NCBI GenBank assembly: GCA_019057815.1
Contig: JAHLWR010000001.1
Coordinates: 240,233 to 304,232, forward strand
Source of the DNA: Candidatus Heimdallarchaeota archaeon
Lineage (GTDB): Archaea > Asgardarchaeota > Heimdallarchaeia > Heimdallarchaeales > Heimdallarchaeaceae
DNA: 64,000 bases
Direction: 5' to 3'
Below are positions 1 to 10,807 of this stretch, piece by piece; position 1 is the stretch's first letter; every line of letters starts with the position of its first letter. The notes beneath the pieces are model-generated. The model worked only from the letters and a program-made list of their open reading frames with translations. It ran no database searches and was not told the DNA's origin. Made by a program: the position numbers and the translations under genes.

Positions 1-197
1 AAGAACGTCTACATAAAGAAATAACTGAACTCGTTCCTGAGACTATAGAAATAAAGATCATTGCCCCACCCGAGAGAAGATATTCAGTCTGGATAGGTGG
101 AAGTATTCTTAGCAGCCTTAAGACATTCACAAAGTTGTGGGTAACCAAGAAAGAGTACCAAGAAAGTGGACCAACTGCAGTTTATCGTTGCATTTAA
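1..197 (+). CDS. Actin (Asgard/Lokiactin-type), 3' end only, truncated by window edge
   Basis: Frame from nt 3 reads [64 protein letters not shown], closely matching the eukaryotic actin C-terminus ([23 protein letters not shown]...WISKQEYDESGP). Not in ORF track. Confidence 0.96.
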   Translation, partial: ERLHKEITELVPETIEIKIIAPPERRYSVWIGGSILSSLKTFTKLWVTKKEYQESGPTAVYRCI

Positions 198-205
198 GGT
201 GCATA

Positions 206-275
206 ATTTCTTTCTTTTTTCTTTTATTTTTTATTAATCTAAATGTTAAATTGTTTTTTTGTACATTGTTTTTCG
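206..275 (+). terminator. T-rich archaeal terminator region after actin
   Basis: Multiple T-tracts (tttctttttttcttttattttt) immediately after the stop codon. Confidence 0.55.
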
Positions 276-486
276 AAAAACAGAATATACAAAGCCTTAT
301 GGGAGAATTTTTGCCTTTAAAGGTGTTTTCACTACTTTCTTTGTAATTATTAAAAAGGTTTTACGCATTCTTCCATCCTGATTTGGTTTTATTAGAAATT
401 ACAAGTAATTAGTAAAGTGTAAAACACCAAAAGACTTATTTTATTTCTCCATTTGCATGTTTTAATAATAAAAATGAGGTTTTCTA

Positions 487-831
487 ATGTCCACACCACA
501 ACAACTTACTCCTGAACAGCAACAAGATGTTCAACGTTTTAATCAGTTAGTTCAACAACTAGAGATTCTAAAGATGCAGATTCAGCAACTAGAAGTTGAA
601 AAACGCGACGTTGATATTGCTCTAAAAGAAACTGAAACTATGGCTTCCGATGCTGTTATTTATCGTTCAGTTGGCAGGCTTTTATTCAAAGACAGCCTAG
701 AAAATGTAAAGAAAAACTTGGTTTCTCAACAGGAAAAGGGAGAAGTAAGGATTTCATCATTACGCAATCGTGAACAAAAAATCACAAAATCTGTAAATGA
801 ACTCAAAGAGAAACTTATGACGAAGAGCTAG
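487..831 (+). CDS. pfdB: Prefoldin subunit beta
   Basis: Coiled coil - beta hairpin (VIYRSVGRLLF) - coiled coil, 114 aa; GAGGT SD upstream. Confidence 0.9.
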   Translation: MSTPQQLTPEQQQDVQRFNQLVQQLEILKMQIQQLEVEKRDVDIALKETETMASDAVIYRSVGRLLFKDSLENVKKNLVSQQEKGEVRISSLRNREQKITKSVNELKEKLMTKS

Positions 832-883
832 TTTTAAGAAGAAATTATATCTTTTTTTCTCATAGCTTTAGAGTTGATGTTTA

Positions 884-1198
884 ATGACGTCTGATATAAT
901 AGATATTGGGATAGGTCAATTAGATGATGAACGGTTAGAAGAACTTGCTATCAAAATAGAGACACAACTCCATAAATATCTTAGAAAGCATCCTCAATGG
1001 GATCTATTATCAGATTTCTCAATTCTTATTAAACTCTCACAAGACGAAGATAATGTTCTCACACTTGATTTGGAGTATAACACGACAGGAGCACTTACAT
1101 CCTCTCAACATGAACAAATACATGAAAATCTTGCAATTCAAGCTGAAGAAATTTTGAAAGAGGCGCTTATTTGTCTGAAGAATTCCAAAAAATCATAA
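884..1198 (+). CDS. Conserved archaeal protein, DUF3194-like
   Basis: Acidic 104-aa ORF in the usual position between pfdB and a DHH phosphoesterase. Confidence 0.55.
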   Translation: MTSDIIDIGIGQLDDERLEELAIKIETQLHKYLRKHPQWDLLSDFSILIKLSQDEDNVLTLDLEYNTTGALTSSQHEQIHENLAIQAEEILKEALICLKNSKKS

Positions 1199-2190
1199 AT
1201 TATGTACAAGAACATAAGTGTCAACACATAGGTATTTTTGCTCACCAAAATGCCGACCCCGATGCAATAGCTAGCGCCATCGGGTTAAAATATTTGATTC
1301 TATCTTACTTTCCCTTGATTCATGTAACTCTTTATGCTTCTTCCCTTAGTTTGCTCTCCCAGAAAATCCTATCAAATTATGATGAGAAATTTGAAGATAA
1401 TATTGTACAGAATAATCTAGATGCTATTTTTCTGTGTGATACAAATAATTTGATCCAATTGGGTGATATATCAATAGACGAATATATTTCCAACAATGTT
1501 CCTGTTTTTATTATTGATCATCATTCTTATCATGAATTCACAAAACAAGCTATTGTATCAATTGTCAAACCTATTACTTCAACAGCTGAAATTATTGCAC
1601 AAATATATAAGGAAACAGCAATTCAATTACCTGAAAACGTTGGAACAATTTTACTTTCAGGAGTGCTTTTTGATACTAGGAGATTTATCCATACCTCACC
1701 TGCAACGTTTGAATTAACACAGTTTTTGATAGCGAATGGAGGAAACTATGACACAGCACTCTCTATCTTACAAAAACCATTTACAAAGTCTGAACGTATA
1801 GCTCATCTTAAAGGAGCAAAGCGAATGATTATTCATTATGAGGATAGGGGAATTGTTGTTGTTTCACATGTTGGCTCTTACGAATCCTCTGTTGCTAGAT
1901 CCCTTGTAAATTTAGGTTCAGATTTTGCTGTAGTTTTTGCTTTAACCTCCTCGGACGAATTGCGAATTAGTTTTCGTTGCTCTAATAATTATGCTTCTAA
2001 AACCGCTATAAATCTTGGAGAACTTGCTAATAAGATTGCCACAAAATTTGGTGGCACGGGAGGAGGACACAAAACTGCAGCAGGAGCGAATATTAAAGAT
2101 ATTAAAGAATTTCCCAAGAATAAAGATAAAATCGCTAAATTCTTGCTAAACATATTACTTGAAGAATTAGAGTTGCTGAAAGAAACTTAG
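1171..2190 (+). CDS. DHH/DHHA1 phosphoesterase (NrnA-like)
   Basis: HQNADPDA, IIDHH, GVLFDT and GGGH motifs. Confidence 0.9.
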   Translation: MSEEFQKIINYVQEHKCQHIGIFAHQNADPDAIASAIGLKYLILSYFPLIHVTLYASSLSLLSQKILSNYDEKFEDNIVQNNLDAIFLCDTNNLIQLGDISIDEYISNNVPVFIIDHHSYHEFTKQAIVSIVKPITSTAEIIAQIYKETAIQLPENVGTILLSGVLFDTRRFIHTSPATFELTQFLIANGGNYDTALSILQKPFTKSERIAHLKGAKRMIIHYEDRGIVVVSHVGSYESSVARSLVNLGSDFAVVFALTSSDELRISFRCSNNYASKTAINLGELANKIATKFGGTGGGHKTAAGANIKDIKEFPKNKDKIAKFLLNILLEELELLKET

Positions 2191-2200
2191 AGGTTTTTAA

Positions 2201-3697
2201 GTGATGAATGAGTTCATTTCTTTTCGAAATTTTAGTTTTCGTTATTACTTGAGGAAGGAATGGTCTTTAAAATCAGTGGACCTTAATATAAAAAAAGGGG
2301 AACTTATTATTCTTACAGGACCTAGTGGTTCTGGAAAAACCTCAGTATGCTATTCAATAAATGGTCTCATTCCTCATTTTTATGCTGGGGAAGTTAAAGG
2401 AAATGTATTTGTAGCGGAAAAAAAGGTAAGTAAAAGACCAGTCTCAGAATTAAGTAAAAAAATTGGTTATATTCCCCAAAGAGCTGAAAATTCTTTCGTC
2501 ACGCCATATGTTTTCAGTGAATTAGCTTTTCCTCTTGAATATCGAAGTTTCTCTAAAGAGAGTATAAAAAACAAAATTCTTGAACTTGCAAATTATTTGG
2601 ATCTTACAAAACTCTTGAAGAGAAACCCAAATGAATTATCTGAAGGTGAAAAACAGAAATTGGCAATTGGGTGCGCTTTAGTTACAGAACCCGAAATTAT
2701 TGTAGCTGACGAGCCTTTAGCAAATCTGGATTATTCTAACCAACAAAAGATTATTACAATTTTCAAATCACTTCAACAGAAAGGAAAAACGATTATCATA
2801 GCGACACACGAGTATTTCAAATATAGAGAGCTCAACCCAAGATTCATACAGATTGAAAAAGGACAAATAACGGGGAATCTTATAGAAAATGGGGAAGGAA
2901 GTAAAAAGGAATTCGAAATCATCAAAAAGAAATTATGTCTCAACGATATCAAAAGTGAAAAAGAAAGCGAAGTTTCAAAAAGTGAGGTAGAAGTGAAAAA
3001 TCTTAGCTTTAAATTTTCGAATGGTTTTTCTATTTCAGATATTAATTTCACAACAAATCGTGGCAAAGTAATAGGGTTGATTGGTGACAATGGTTCTGGA
3101 AAAACCACTCTTTTTAGACTACTTTGTGGATTTTTAAAACCTGATTCTGGTTCAATAAAACTGTCTGGAAAAGACCTGAAAGATTGGAATTGGTCGGAAT
3201 TAGCAGCGTATTTAGGGGTTATTTTTCAGGATCCAGATAAACAGTTTTTTGAAGAAGAAATTGGGAAAGAGGCAGTTTTTATTTCAAAAAACTTAGACTT
3301 GAATCTTATAGACACTAATAAAATTGAGAACGAATTATCCAGTTGTCATTTAGAGAATTATGTGTTATATAATCCCCATTCTTTATCACATGGGGAGAAG
3401 AGACGATTAGCATTTGTTTCCTCAACGTTTCACAAACCAGAACTTATCTTAATTGATGAAGTAACTAATGGACTCGATAGAGAAAATAAAGAATGGGTAT
3501 CTAATCAAATATTAAAACTTAAACAAGAAAATAAAATGTTAATTATTGTATCTCATGATTGGCATTGGTTATCAAAATTTGTAGATGAGATTATTTACCT
3601 TAAGAACGGAAGAATTGAACAAGTATTAAATAAAGACCAATTTTACAGCATTCTTCAGAAAGCTACAAAGGGTGAAACTATTCTTTTGGAGAGATGA
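2201..3697 (+). CDS. ECF transporter ATPase, fused tandem ABC domains (EcfA-A')
   Basis: Two Walker A (GPSGSGKT, GDNGSGKT), two signature (LSEGEKQ, LSHGEKR) and two Walker B motifs; followed by EcfT. Confidence 0.88.
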   Translation: MMNEFISFRNFSFRYYLRKEWSLKSVDLNIKKGELIILTGPSGSGKTSVCYSINGLIPHFYAGEVKGNVFVAEKKVSKRPVSELSKKIGYIPQRAENSFVTPYVFSELAFPLEYRSFSKESIKNKILELANYLDLTKLLKRNPNELSEGEKQKLAIGCALVTEPEIIVADEPLANLDYSNQQKIITIFKSLQQKGKTIIIATHEYFKYRELNPRFIQIEKGQITGNLIENGEGSKKEFEIIKKKLCLNDIKSEKESEVSKSEVEVKNLSFKFSNGFSISDINFTTNRGKVIGLIGDNGSGKTTLFRLLCGFLKPDSGSIKLSGKDLKDWNWSELAAYLGVIFQDPDKQFFEEEIGKEAVFISKNLDLNLIDTNKIENELSSCHLENYVLYNPHSLSHGEKRRLAFVSSTFHKPELILIDEVTNGLDRENKEWVSNQILKLKQENKMLIIVSHDWHWLSKFVDEIIYLKNGRIEQVLNKDQFYSILQKATKGETILLER

Positions 3698-3700
3698 ATA

Positions 3701-4438
3701 TTGAGTATAGAAAACTATTCCGACGATAAAACCTTCTTTCATTTGTCTAAGAAATACTCAATTGATTCCCGTACAAAACTAGTAATCTTATCCTTAATGC
3801 TTTTTTCCATTTTCTTTTTCAGAGATTGGATAGTCCTATTGTCTTTAACTGCTACTTCTGTGCTATTTGTAATTCTAGTGAAACCTAAAATTGTTTTCTT
3901 GATTAGATTTATAGTATTCTTACTTGTTTTTTCATGTTTAGCAACCTTTTTTGCGTATCGTTCTAATTCAACTATTGATCCGTTTGAAATTTTTGCTATT
4001 ATCAGTAGTAGATTTTTGACCACGTTTTTTATCATTACATGGTTCTTTAGCTCAGTACAACCTTATGAACTCGCGGTTGTTCTTGAAAAGATGTATGTAC
4101 CCACCAGAATCACTTGGTTTCTTACAACTATTTATCAATTTATTCCAATTCTTACAAAAGAAGCTCAAACCATAAACGAGATTAGAAAATTAAAAGGTTT
4201 AACAGCAAAAATGTGGCAATTCAAGAAACAAGTTATTATAATAAAAAGTACGTTGAAGCCGTTAATAAGCGGAACAATGAATAAAGCAATAGATTTAGCA
4301 GAAGCAATGACAATAAAGGGATTTCAACCAAATATTAGAAGAGAGCACATAGTTAACATGAATTTAAGAATATACGATTTAATTCTAATATTGGTTATGG
4401 GAACCTCTCTAATATGTCTAATTATATTTGTAAGATAA
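3701..4438 (+). CDS. ecfT: ECF transporter transmembrane component T (CbiQ family)
   Basis: DSRTKL start, TM helices, FIPIL, LAEAMTIKGF. Confidence 0.85.
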   Translation: MSIENYSDDKTFFHLSKKYSIDSRTKLVILSLMLFSIFFFRDWIVLLSLTATSVLFVILVKPKIVFLIRFIVFLLVFSCLATFFAYRSNSTIDPFEIFAIISSRFLTTFFIITWFFSSVQPYELAVVLEKMYVPTRITWFLTTIYQFIPILTKEAQTINEIRKLKGLTAKMWQFKKQVIIIKSTLKPLISGTMNKAIDLAEAMTIKGFQPNIRREHIVNMNLRIYDLILILVMGTSLICLIIFVR

Positions 4439-4450
4439 CTATCAACACAA

Positions 4451-5077
4451 CTATTTTTTAATCCTTTCTAGAATAATTTTGAGAATGTCTCTATGTACAT
4501 CTTCTTTTTCTCGTGAAACATTTATGAGAAAGAATAAGTCGGGAAATTCATTAACAAGTTCTAAGTAGATATTTCTCACTCGTTGAAGACTTTCATGCTT
4601 TTCAAAAGTATTGGTTCCATGTGTTCTTTCTTTAGATATCCTTTCTACTGCCTCATCGACACTTAAATCTAGTAAAATAACGATTTTTGGTTCAATTGCA
4701 ATTTTCATATTTTCGTTGAGAATATATTTCCAATTTAACCCTCTAGAACCTTGGTAAGCTACAGATGAGAAATAATAACGATCTGTAACAATTATCTTAC
4801 CTTGATGAAGTAATGGAATAACTTCCTCTTTTAAATGGAGTTTTCTATCCTCTAGAAACAGTTTAAATTCCTCTTCAACCGATAAACGTGTCGGAGCAAA
4901 AAAGCTTTCACGTAGTTTTTTTCCTTGTTCTGACCACTTTGTAGGTTCAGTTGTATATTCTGCATCATAACTCAACGAACAGAGACGTTCAACAAGTAAC
5001 TTTGAATGAGTAGTTTTTCCAGAACCATCAATTCCTTCCAAACAGATAAGAAAACCAGCAGAGGTTGAATCAGACAT
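4451..5077 (-). CDS. tmk: Thymidylate kinase
   Basis: EGIDGSGKTT, DRYYFSSVAYQG; start refined to ATG at 5077. Confidence 0.93.
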   Translation of the reverse strand: MSDSTSAGFLICLEGIDGSGKTTHSKLLVERLCSLSYDAEYTTEPTKWSEQGKKLRESFFAPTRLSVEEEFKLFLEDRKLHLKEEVIPLLHQGKIIVTDRYYFSSVAYQGSRGLNWKYILNENMKIAIEPKIVILLDLSVDEAVERISKERTHGTNTFEKHESLQRVRNIYLELVNEFPDLFFLINVSREKEDVHRDILKIILERIKK

Positions 5078-5224
5078 GGTGTCAAATGTATGCTCAATAA
5101 ATAAAATACTTGTGGTCAACAACTTCTCAAAAACAATAAAATATAAAATCATCCCTTTTTAGGAAAGCTTTAAATTCCTACTTTTCCCGTTTGATTTAAC
5201 CTAGAGGCCATATCTCTGGTTGAT

Positions 5225-6598
5225 GTGAGTGGTACTATGTTTTCACAAAACTTTGCAGAATTAATAGATTATGCAATTAAAAAGTTTGAAATTAACTTTT
5301 TTGATTCTTTTGAAATTAGCTGTGTTGACAGATTGCACGCATTAACACGGTTTACAAAATCAACTATACACCAAAATGTTTCAAATCATACAAACCACTT
5401 TTTATTTAGAGTTTCAAAGGGTAAACGAATATGTTCAACATCTCTTACTTCTCTAACTCCCAAATCCATAGATGATACGATTTCAGAACTAAAAAACATG
5501 GTTTCACATTTGCCTGAAATACCTTTCTTTGAAGGTTTCATAGAACATCCAACAGCTACTGTTCCTTCTGTTCAGGTAACAGATTCATTGTTAGATGAAT
5601 ACCAGCGAGCTGATATAGTAGAAGAAGCAGTAAATGCTGCAGAAGAAGTAGATCCCAATGTAAGACTTGCTGGTTCAGTATTTATTACGGATTTGCGTTT
5701 TTGTATAATTAATTCAAATGATATTGATTTTTCCCATCATTTGACTTATAATGGTTTAATAGTCAACGCACTCACTGAACGTGAAAATAAGGGTTATGCT
5801 AAAGAAGAACAATACGTTAGAGATCCATTAGAACTCAATCCATCTGATATTGCAAGAAAAGCAACAGAATTATCAGTTAATACTTGTTTTGCTAGAAGTT
5901 ATGATCAAGGCGAGTATGAAGTAATTCTCTCTCCTTCTGCAGCAGGAACATTGTTACGATTTCTTTCATTTGGTTTCAATGGTACGAGTTATCATGAATC
6001 GCAGAGTTTCATTTCTGATGAAATTGGAAGCCAATTATTTGATACTAAATTGACGTTGGTTGATGACCCTCTTAATGAAGAAACAATGCTATCCTCACCT
6101 ATTGATGGTGAAGGAGCCCTAAAAAAGCAACTTTGCTTAATAGAAAATGGAATACCTAAAACAATCCTCTACGACAGTTTTTTAGCATCAAAATATCTTG
6201 GAGATAAATCTAAAACTACAGCCCATAAAGTAGTTCCCTATTCAGACTATATTTTTGGAGGAGCTTTACCACTTAATCTTGTTCTTCAACCAGGCAACTC
6301 AAATCTAGAAGAAATGTTTGAAGAAACTAAAAAAGGATTTTTCATAAATCGGTTACATTATACAAATTTTGTTAACAGGCGCTTAGGAGCTATTACTGGT
6401 CTCACAAGGGATGGTTTGCAATATATTGAAAATGGAGAAATAGTTTCCGCAGCCAAGAATTTCAGATTCACAGATAGTCTTACAAGGATTCTAAAAAACG
6501 TTTCACTAATAGGAAAGAAACTTCATACAAGTGCGACAATAAAATGCCCTGCAATTAAACTCCCATCATTCAAATTCACTGGAAAAAGTAAGCATTAG
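5225..6598 (+). CDS. TldE/PmbA family protein
   Basis: TRFTKSTIHQN, LVDDP, DGEG, TGLTRDG..IENG; no HExxH. Confidence 0.85.
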   Translation: MSGTMFSQNFAELIDYAIKKFEINFFDSFEISCVDRLHALTRFTKSTIHQNVSNHTNHFLFRVSKGKRICSTSLTSLTPKSIDDTISELKNMVSHLPEIPFFEGFIEHPTATVPSVQVTDSLLDEYQRADIVEEAVNAAEEVDPNVRLAGSVFITDLRFCIINSNDIDFSHHLTYNGLIVNALTERENKGYAKEEQYVRDPLELNPSDIARKATELSVNTCFARSYDQGEYEVILSPSAAGTLLRFLSFGFNGTSYHESQSFISDEIGSQLFDTKLTLVDDPLNEETMLSSPIDGEGALKKQLCLIENGIPKTILYDSFLASKYLGDKSKTTAHKVVPYSDYIFGGALPLNLVLQPGNSNLEEMFEETKKGFFINRLHYTNFVNRRLGAITGLTRDGLQYIENGEIVSAAKNFRFTDSLTRILKNVSLIGKKLHTSATIKCPAIKLPSFKFTGKSKH

Positions 6599-6643
6599 CC
6601 AAATAAGTTGTTACTAACGTAGAATACTAACCTGGTTGTCAAG

Positions 6644-7603
6644 ATGTTTAAAGAAGTAGAATTAACTTATCAAAGAATACAAAAAATTGCTAATCACACG
6701 CCTGTAATGACTTCAACTACATTAAATAAGAAAGTAAACGCAGAATGTTATATTAAATGCGAAAATTTTCAAAAAACAGGATCATTCAAATTTAGGGGAG
6801 CGTTAAATAGCTTATCACTTTTGTCTCCCGAAAACAAAAAAAGGGGTGTTATCACTCATTCTTCGGGAAATCATGCTCAAGCTCTAGCATTAGCTGCAAA
6901 ACTAATTGGAGTGAAAGCTGTTATTGTTATGCCAAAAAATGCTCCAAAAGTGAAAGTTAAAGCAACAAAAGGGTATGGAGCAGAAATTATTTTTTGTGGA
7001 AATAAACCTGGAGATAGAGAAAAAGCTGTTGACCTATTAATAGAACAATATAGTTACAAATTAATTCATCCTTCAAACGATTTAGAAATTATTTATGGGC
7101 AAGGTACTGCAGCTTATGAACTCATAAGAGAAGTAGGAGATCAGGATTTTGTTTTCGCTCCTTGTGGTGGTGGTGGTCTTTTATCAGGAACATCAATTGC
7201 ATCAAAAGGATTGTGTCCCAATGTAAAAGTAATAGGTGTAGAACCAAAGAACGCTGATGATGCCTATCGATCTTTTAGAGATGGAAAAATATATCCTTCG
7301 CTTAACCCTAATACAATAGCTGATGGTTTAAGAACATCCCTCGGTACAAATACTTTCAAAATAATCAGAAAACAAGTTGATAAAATCATCACAGTAACAG
7401 AACAAGAAATAGTTAACGCAATGAAGTTTTACTGGACAAGAATGAAACTAATTGTAGAGCCTTCAGGTGCAGTTTCACTAGCTGGCGTATTGTCAAATAA
7501 AATTAATCTAACTTCTAAAAAAGTGGGCATAATCATTTCTGGTGGAAATGTTGATTTAACAGATTTTTTCAATAAAATTATAGAAGAACTAAATCACGAA
7601 TAG
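6644..7603 (+). CDS. PLP-dependent Ser/Thr dehydratase / serine racemase-like ammonia-lyase
   Basis: KCENFQKTGSFKFRGA, SSGNHAQ, GGGGLLSG, ISGGNVD; no regulatory domain. Confidence 0.9.
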   Translation: MFKEVELTYQRIQKIANHTPVMTSTTLNKKVNAECYIKCENFQKTGSFKFRGALNSLSLLSPENKKRGVITHSSGNHAQALALAAKLIGVKAVIVMPKNAPKVKVKATKGYGAEIIFCGNKPGDREKAVDLLIEQYSYKLIHPSNDLEIIYGQGTAAYELIREVGDQDFVFAPCGGGGLLSGTSIASKGLCPNVKVIGVEPKNADDAYRSFRDGKIYPSLNPNTIADGLRTSLGTNTFKIIRKQVDKIITVTEQEIVNAMKFYWTRMKLIVEPSGAVSLAGVLSNKINLTSKKVGIIISGGNVDLTDFFNKIIEELNHE

Positions 7604-7698
7604 AAGAAAATAAGTGGTGATTACCAGTCCGTATTTTAATCTATGTAACCTTTGAAATTCTAGCAGGTTTTGATGAAGTATTTCTACAAAACGTGATA

Positions 7699-9147
7699 TT
7701 AGGATGTAAGTGTTAAGGTTGTAGTTGGTTTAGAAGCAAAGCGATAGCACTTAGTAAGAATAGCAATAAGGATTGTTGTTACCAATAAAAATACTCCTGA
7801 GCCCACCATTGTAGCAATTATTCCGACATTGTCTGCTGTAAACCCTGATAATGAAAGACAAATTACACTTAGTATCTGAATATACGAGTTGACAGCTCCA
7901 TAAGCTCGCCCTCTAACTTCATTAGGAATAGATTCAGCAAAAATTGCGTTAATAGATAAACTAAACATCCCATTAACTATTCCAAATATTGAATTGAAAA
8001 CTACAAGTAGAACAAATGATGGTCCAAAAATAAAAATTATATAAAAAGCTGCCATTGCAAAGGAGCCCATAAAAATTGCTCTTCCTCTACCTATTTTTTT
8101 TTCATATTTTCCAAAGGCTAAATTTCCCATTATTGCGCCTGCAGCTCCAAAAGCTCCAAGTATTCCATATTCTGTTTGAGCAGCTTTTTCAATCAAATTT
8201 AGATTGATGAGTGAATCATATCTATTGATTGTTTTTAGTAAAGTTATCATTTTCGCAGATAAGGCTTGATAAGCTGGGGTTTGGCCATGTACAATCTCAA
8301 AAAGATATGGGAAGAGCAAGGGACCTGCAAAGGCTGTACCTAGAATTAAGAAACTAAATAAGATAATAAGAATTCGAACTGTCTTGTGCTTAAACAGGTA
8401 TTTGTACCCCTCTTTCATATCGCTAAATACTGTTTTTACTGTAATCTTACCTGTTTTATCTCTTGAGGCAGAAGGAATTTTTGTAAAAGAAAGAATTACT
8501 GCGGAAATAAAGTAACAACTTGCAATTATCCAAAAAGTATTGGATCCTAATAAGGGATAGATTGGCGCAGCAATAAGGGGACCAAGAACTGCTAAAGTTT
8601 GAAAGACTAGCTGACTTAAACTAATCGCTTTCACATATAAACGTAATCCTGTGATTTCAGGAATTGCAGCAGAACGTGGAGCAACAAACGAAGCTGATGC
8701 TAACCCTATAAAAAAGGAAATGATGACGATGCCAGATATGCTGGTCATAAAAGGCAGCAATATAATAGAGACTCCACGAAGAATATCTGAGCTTATCATC
8801 ATTGTCTTACGATTAACACGATCTGCAAAAACTCCCGCAATTGGAGCTATTATGACCCACGGAATTGTTTGCGCTGCTAAAACTAGAGTCATCTGTGTTT
8901 TTGATCCAGTTATAGAGTAAACATACATTATTATTGCAATTCGAAAAATAGCATCCCCAAAATTACTGAAGAATTGACCTGAAAGGAGTCTCATAAAATC
9001 TTTGTTTTTGAATACATCCCTGTAGCTTGGTTCACTTCCCTCAACAGATGCAGAATCAGATTGGTGCTCTTCATGACCATTTGATTCTAACTCGTTATTA
9101 GGATGATTCTCAGAATTTGTGGGGTCATTCATAAAATCTACTTTCAC
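7699..9147 (-). CDS. MFS transporter (macrolide-efflux/DHA3-like)
   Basis: GVFADRVNRK motif A, about 12 TM segments. Confidence 0.88.
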   Translation of the reverse strand: MKVDFMNDPTNSENHPNNELESNGHEEHQSDSASVEGSEPSYRDVFKNKDFMRLLSGQFFSNFGDAIFRIAIIMYVYSITGSKTQMTLVLAAQTIPWVIIAPIAGVFADRVNRKTMMISSDILRGVSIILLPFMTSISGIVIISFFIGLASASFVAPRSAAIPEITGLRLYVKAISLSQLVFQTLAVLGPLIAAPIYPLLGSNTFWIIASCYFISAVILSFTKIPSASRDKTGKITVKTVFSDMKEGYKYLFKHKTVRILIILFSFLILGTAFAGPLLFPYLFEIVHGQTPAYQALSAKMITLLKTINRYDSLINLNLIEKAAQTEYGILGAFGAAGAIMGNLAFGKYEKKIGRGRAIFMGSFAMAAFYIIFIFGPSFVLLVVFNSIFGIVNGMFSLSINAIFAESIPNEVRGRAYGAVNSYIQILSVICLSLSGFTADNVGIIATMVGSGVFLLVTTILIAILTKCYRFASKPTTTLTLTS

Positions 9148-9224
9148 AATTTCTTTTTAACGAAGAAGATTTTCGTGTAATAATAACTTTTTCTTTCCTA
9201 TATTTCGTTATTAACTGCTTGTTA

Positions 9225-10685
9225 TCATTTCAAGAGTCCTGTTTTCTCATTGAATTCAACGATTAACTCATCTATATCTTTACTCAACAGTGGAATAGTT
9301 CTCCAGTAATCATCGTCATACCATTGATTGTTAAGCTCTTCCAGTTCTCGATTTTGTTGCTCAATCCAAGTAAAATACTTCAGATTATGAATTCTTTTTT
9401 TCTCCATGTAATCTAATTCTAGCATATTATCAATTTTTTGTCCTTGTAAATGAGCATAAAAGTCACGTATAGAGTCTTCTCGAGTATATGGACCAATTTT
9501 TTGATTCAATTCTTGTAACCGTGATTGATACAATTCCATTGAATCTGTAAAAACAGTAACTATCACATCATTTTTTGTTAATTCAAAGTATTTTGCGAAT
9601 TTAATAGACATAAGCATATTTGCAATGCTAGAGATGCCTAGGAGTGGAAGTTTCTCTATTACTTCCTCAGTTATTCCCATTTCTTTAAGATATTTTTGAC
9701 CTTCTTTTTCATTAAATAAACGCATTATTCTCACTGTATCAACATCATCAATTGCAATTACCATATCTGTATTTTTGATGTTGTGAATCCAGGGTATATG
9801 CTTGTCTCCTATTCCTTCAATTTTATGTGCGCCATATCCAGTTAATAACATGGTAGGACATTGTAAGGCTTCTCCTGCAACAATTTTCATACTAGGGTAT
9901 ATTTGTTTAAGATAATCACCACACCCAAGTGTTCCAGCTGATCCTGAGGTTAATGTTAGACCTCTAAACTTGTTGTTACCTAACTCTTTATCTAGAACTT
10001 CTTCGATGGCAGGCCCAGAAACTTGATGATGCCACAAATAGTTACCAAATTCTTCGAATTGATTAAAAATGAAGAGATTTTCACGAGTTCTTTTTAATTC
10101 CCAAACTTTGTCAAAAATCTCTTTCACATTGCTTTCGCTTCCAGGTGTTTTTATAATCTCTCCTGCAACTGATTGCAACCACTTAAACCGCTCTGAAGAC
10201 ATTTCTTCAGGTAAGATAGCTATTGATTCACAAGCAAGTAAAGTTGAATCGTAAGCACCCCCTCGACAATAGTTTCCGGTACTAGGCCAGACAGCTTTGT
10301 GAATAACAGGATTAAATTGTCCAGTAACTAAACGAGGAATAAGACAGCCAAAAGTGGCGCCGACCTTATGAGAACCAGTAGGAAAATATTTGCCAACCAA
10401 ACCAATAATACGTGCTTCCACTCCCGTTATCTCAGGAGGTAATTCAAGATAGTTAACATTATTGAAACCACCGCCGTCAGGAACAGGATCATTCTTCCAG
10501 TTAATCCTAAAGAGATTTCGAGAGTGAATATCCCAAAGACCAATAGATTGTAATTCTTCTGTAATGGAAGGAGGAATTAATGTTGGATCTCTTTGCTGTG
10601 CAAAAGTGGGTATGATAATATTTCTCTCACGAGCGCGTTGGATAGCACTTTCCAATCCCTTATCATTTATTGTTAAATCAATCAT
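9225..10685 (-). CDS. Fold-type II PLP-dependent enzyme (uncharacterised cysteine-synthase-like family)
   Basis: FPTGSHKVGA (PLP lysine), STGNY, GSAGT, HKIEGIG; start refined to ATG at 10685. Confidence 0.8.
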   Translation of the reverse strand: MIDLTINDKGLESAIQRARERNIIIPTFAQQRDPTLIPPSITEELQSIGLWDIHSRNLFRINWKNDPVPDGGGFNNVNYLELPPEITGVEARIIGLVGKYFPTGSHKVGATFGCLIPRLVTGQFNPVIHKAVWPSTGNYCRGGAYDSTLLACESIAILPEEMSSERFKWLQSVAGEIIKTPGSESNVKEIFDKVWELKRTRENLFIFNQFEEFGNYLWHHQVSGPAIEEVLDKELGNNKFRGLTLTSGSAGTLGCGDYLKQIYPSMKIVAGEALQCPTMLLTGYGAHKIEGIGDKHIPWIHNIKNTDMVIAIDDVDTVRIMRLFNEKEGQKYLKEMGITEEVIEKLPLLGISSIANMLMSIKFAKYFELTKNDVIVTVFTDSMELYQSRLQELNQKIGPYTREDSIRDFYAHLQGQKIDNMLELDYMEKKRIHNLKYFTWIEQQNRELEELNNQWYDDDYWRTIPLLSKDIDELIVEFNEKTGLLK

Positions 10686-10807
10686 TAGTAAACCTTCAAT
10701 TACCAAGTTTCTTTAATTTTGTGTATTAATAGAGAATAAGCTTTGTGGATTTTATTTAAAAATAAACCAAGAATGCTAAAAATCAGATTTATAGAAGACG
10801 GGGAAAA

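Noticed and set aside
137-346. 69-aa ORF in track
   Set aside because: Out-of-frame overlap with the actin 3' end and its T-rich terminator.
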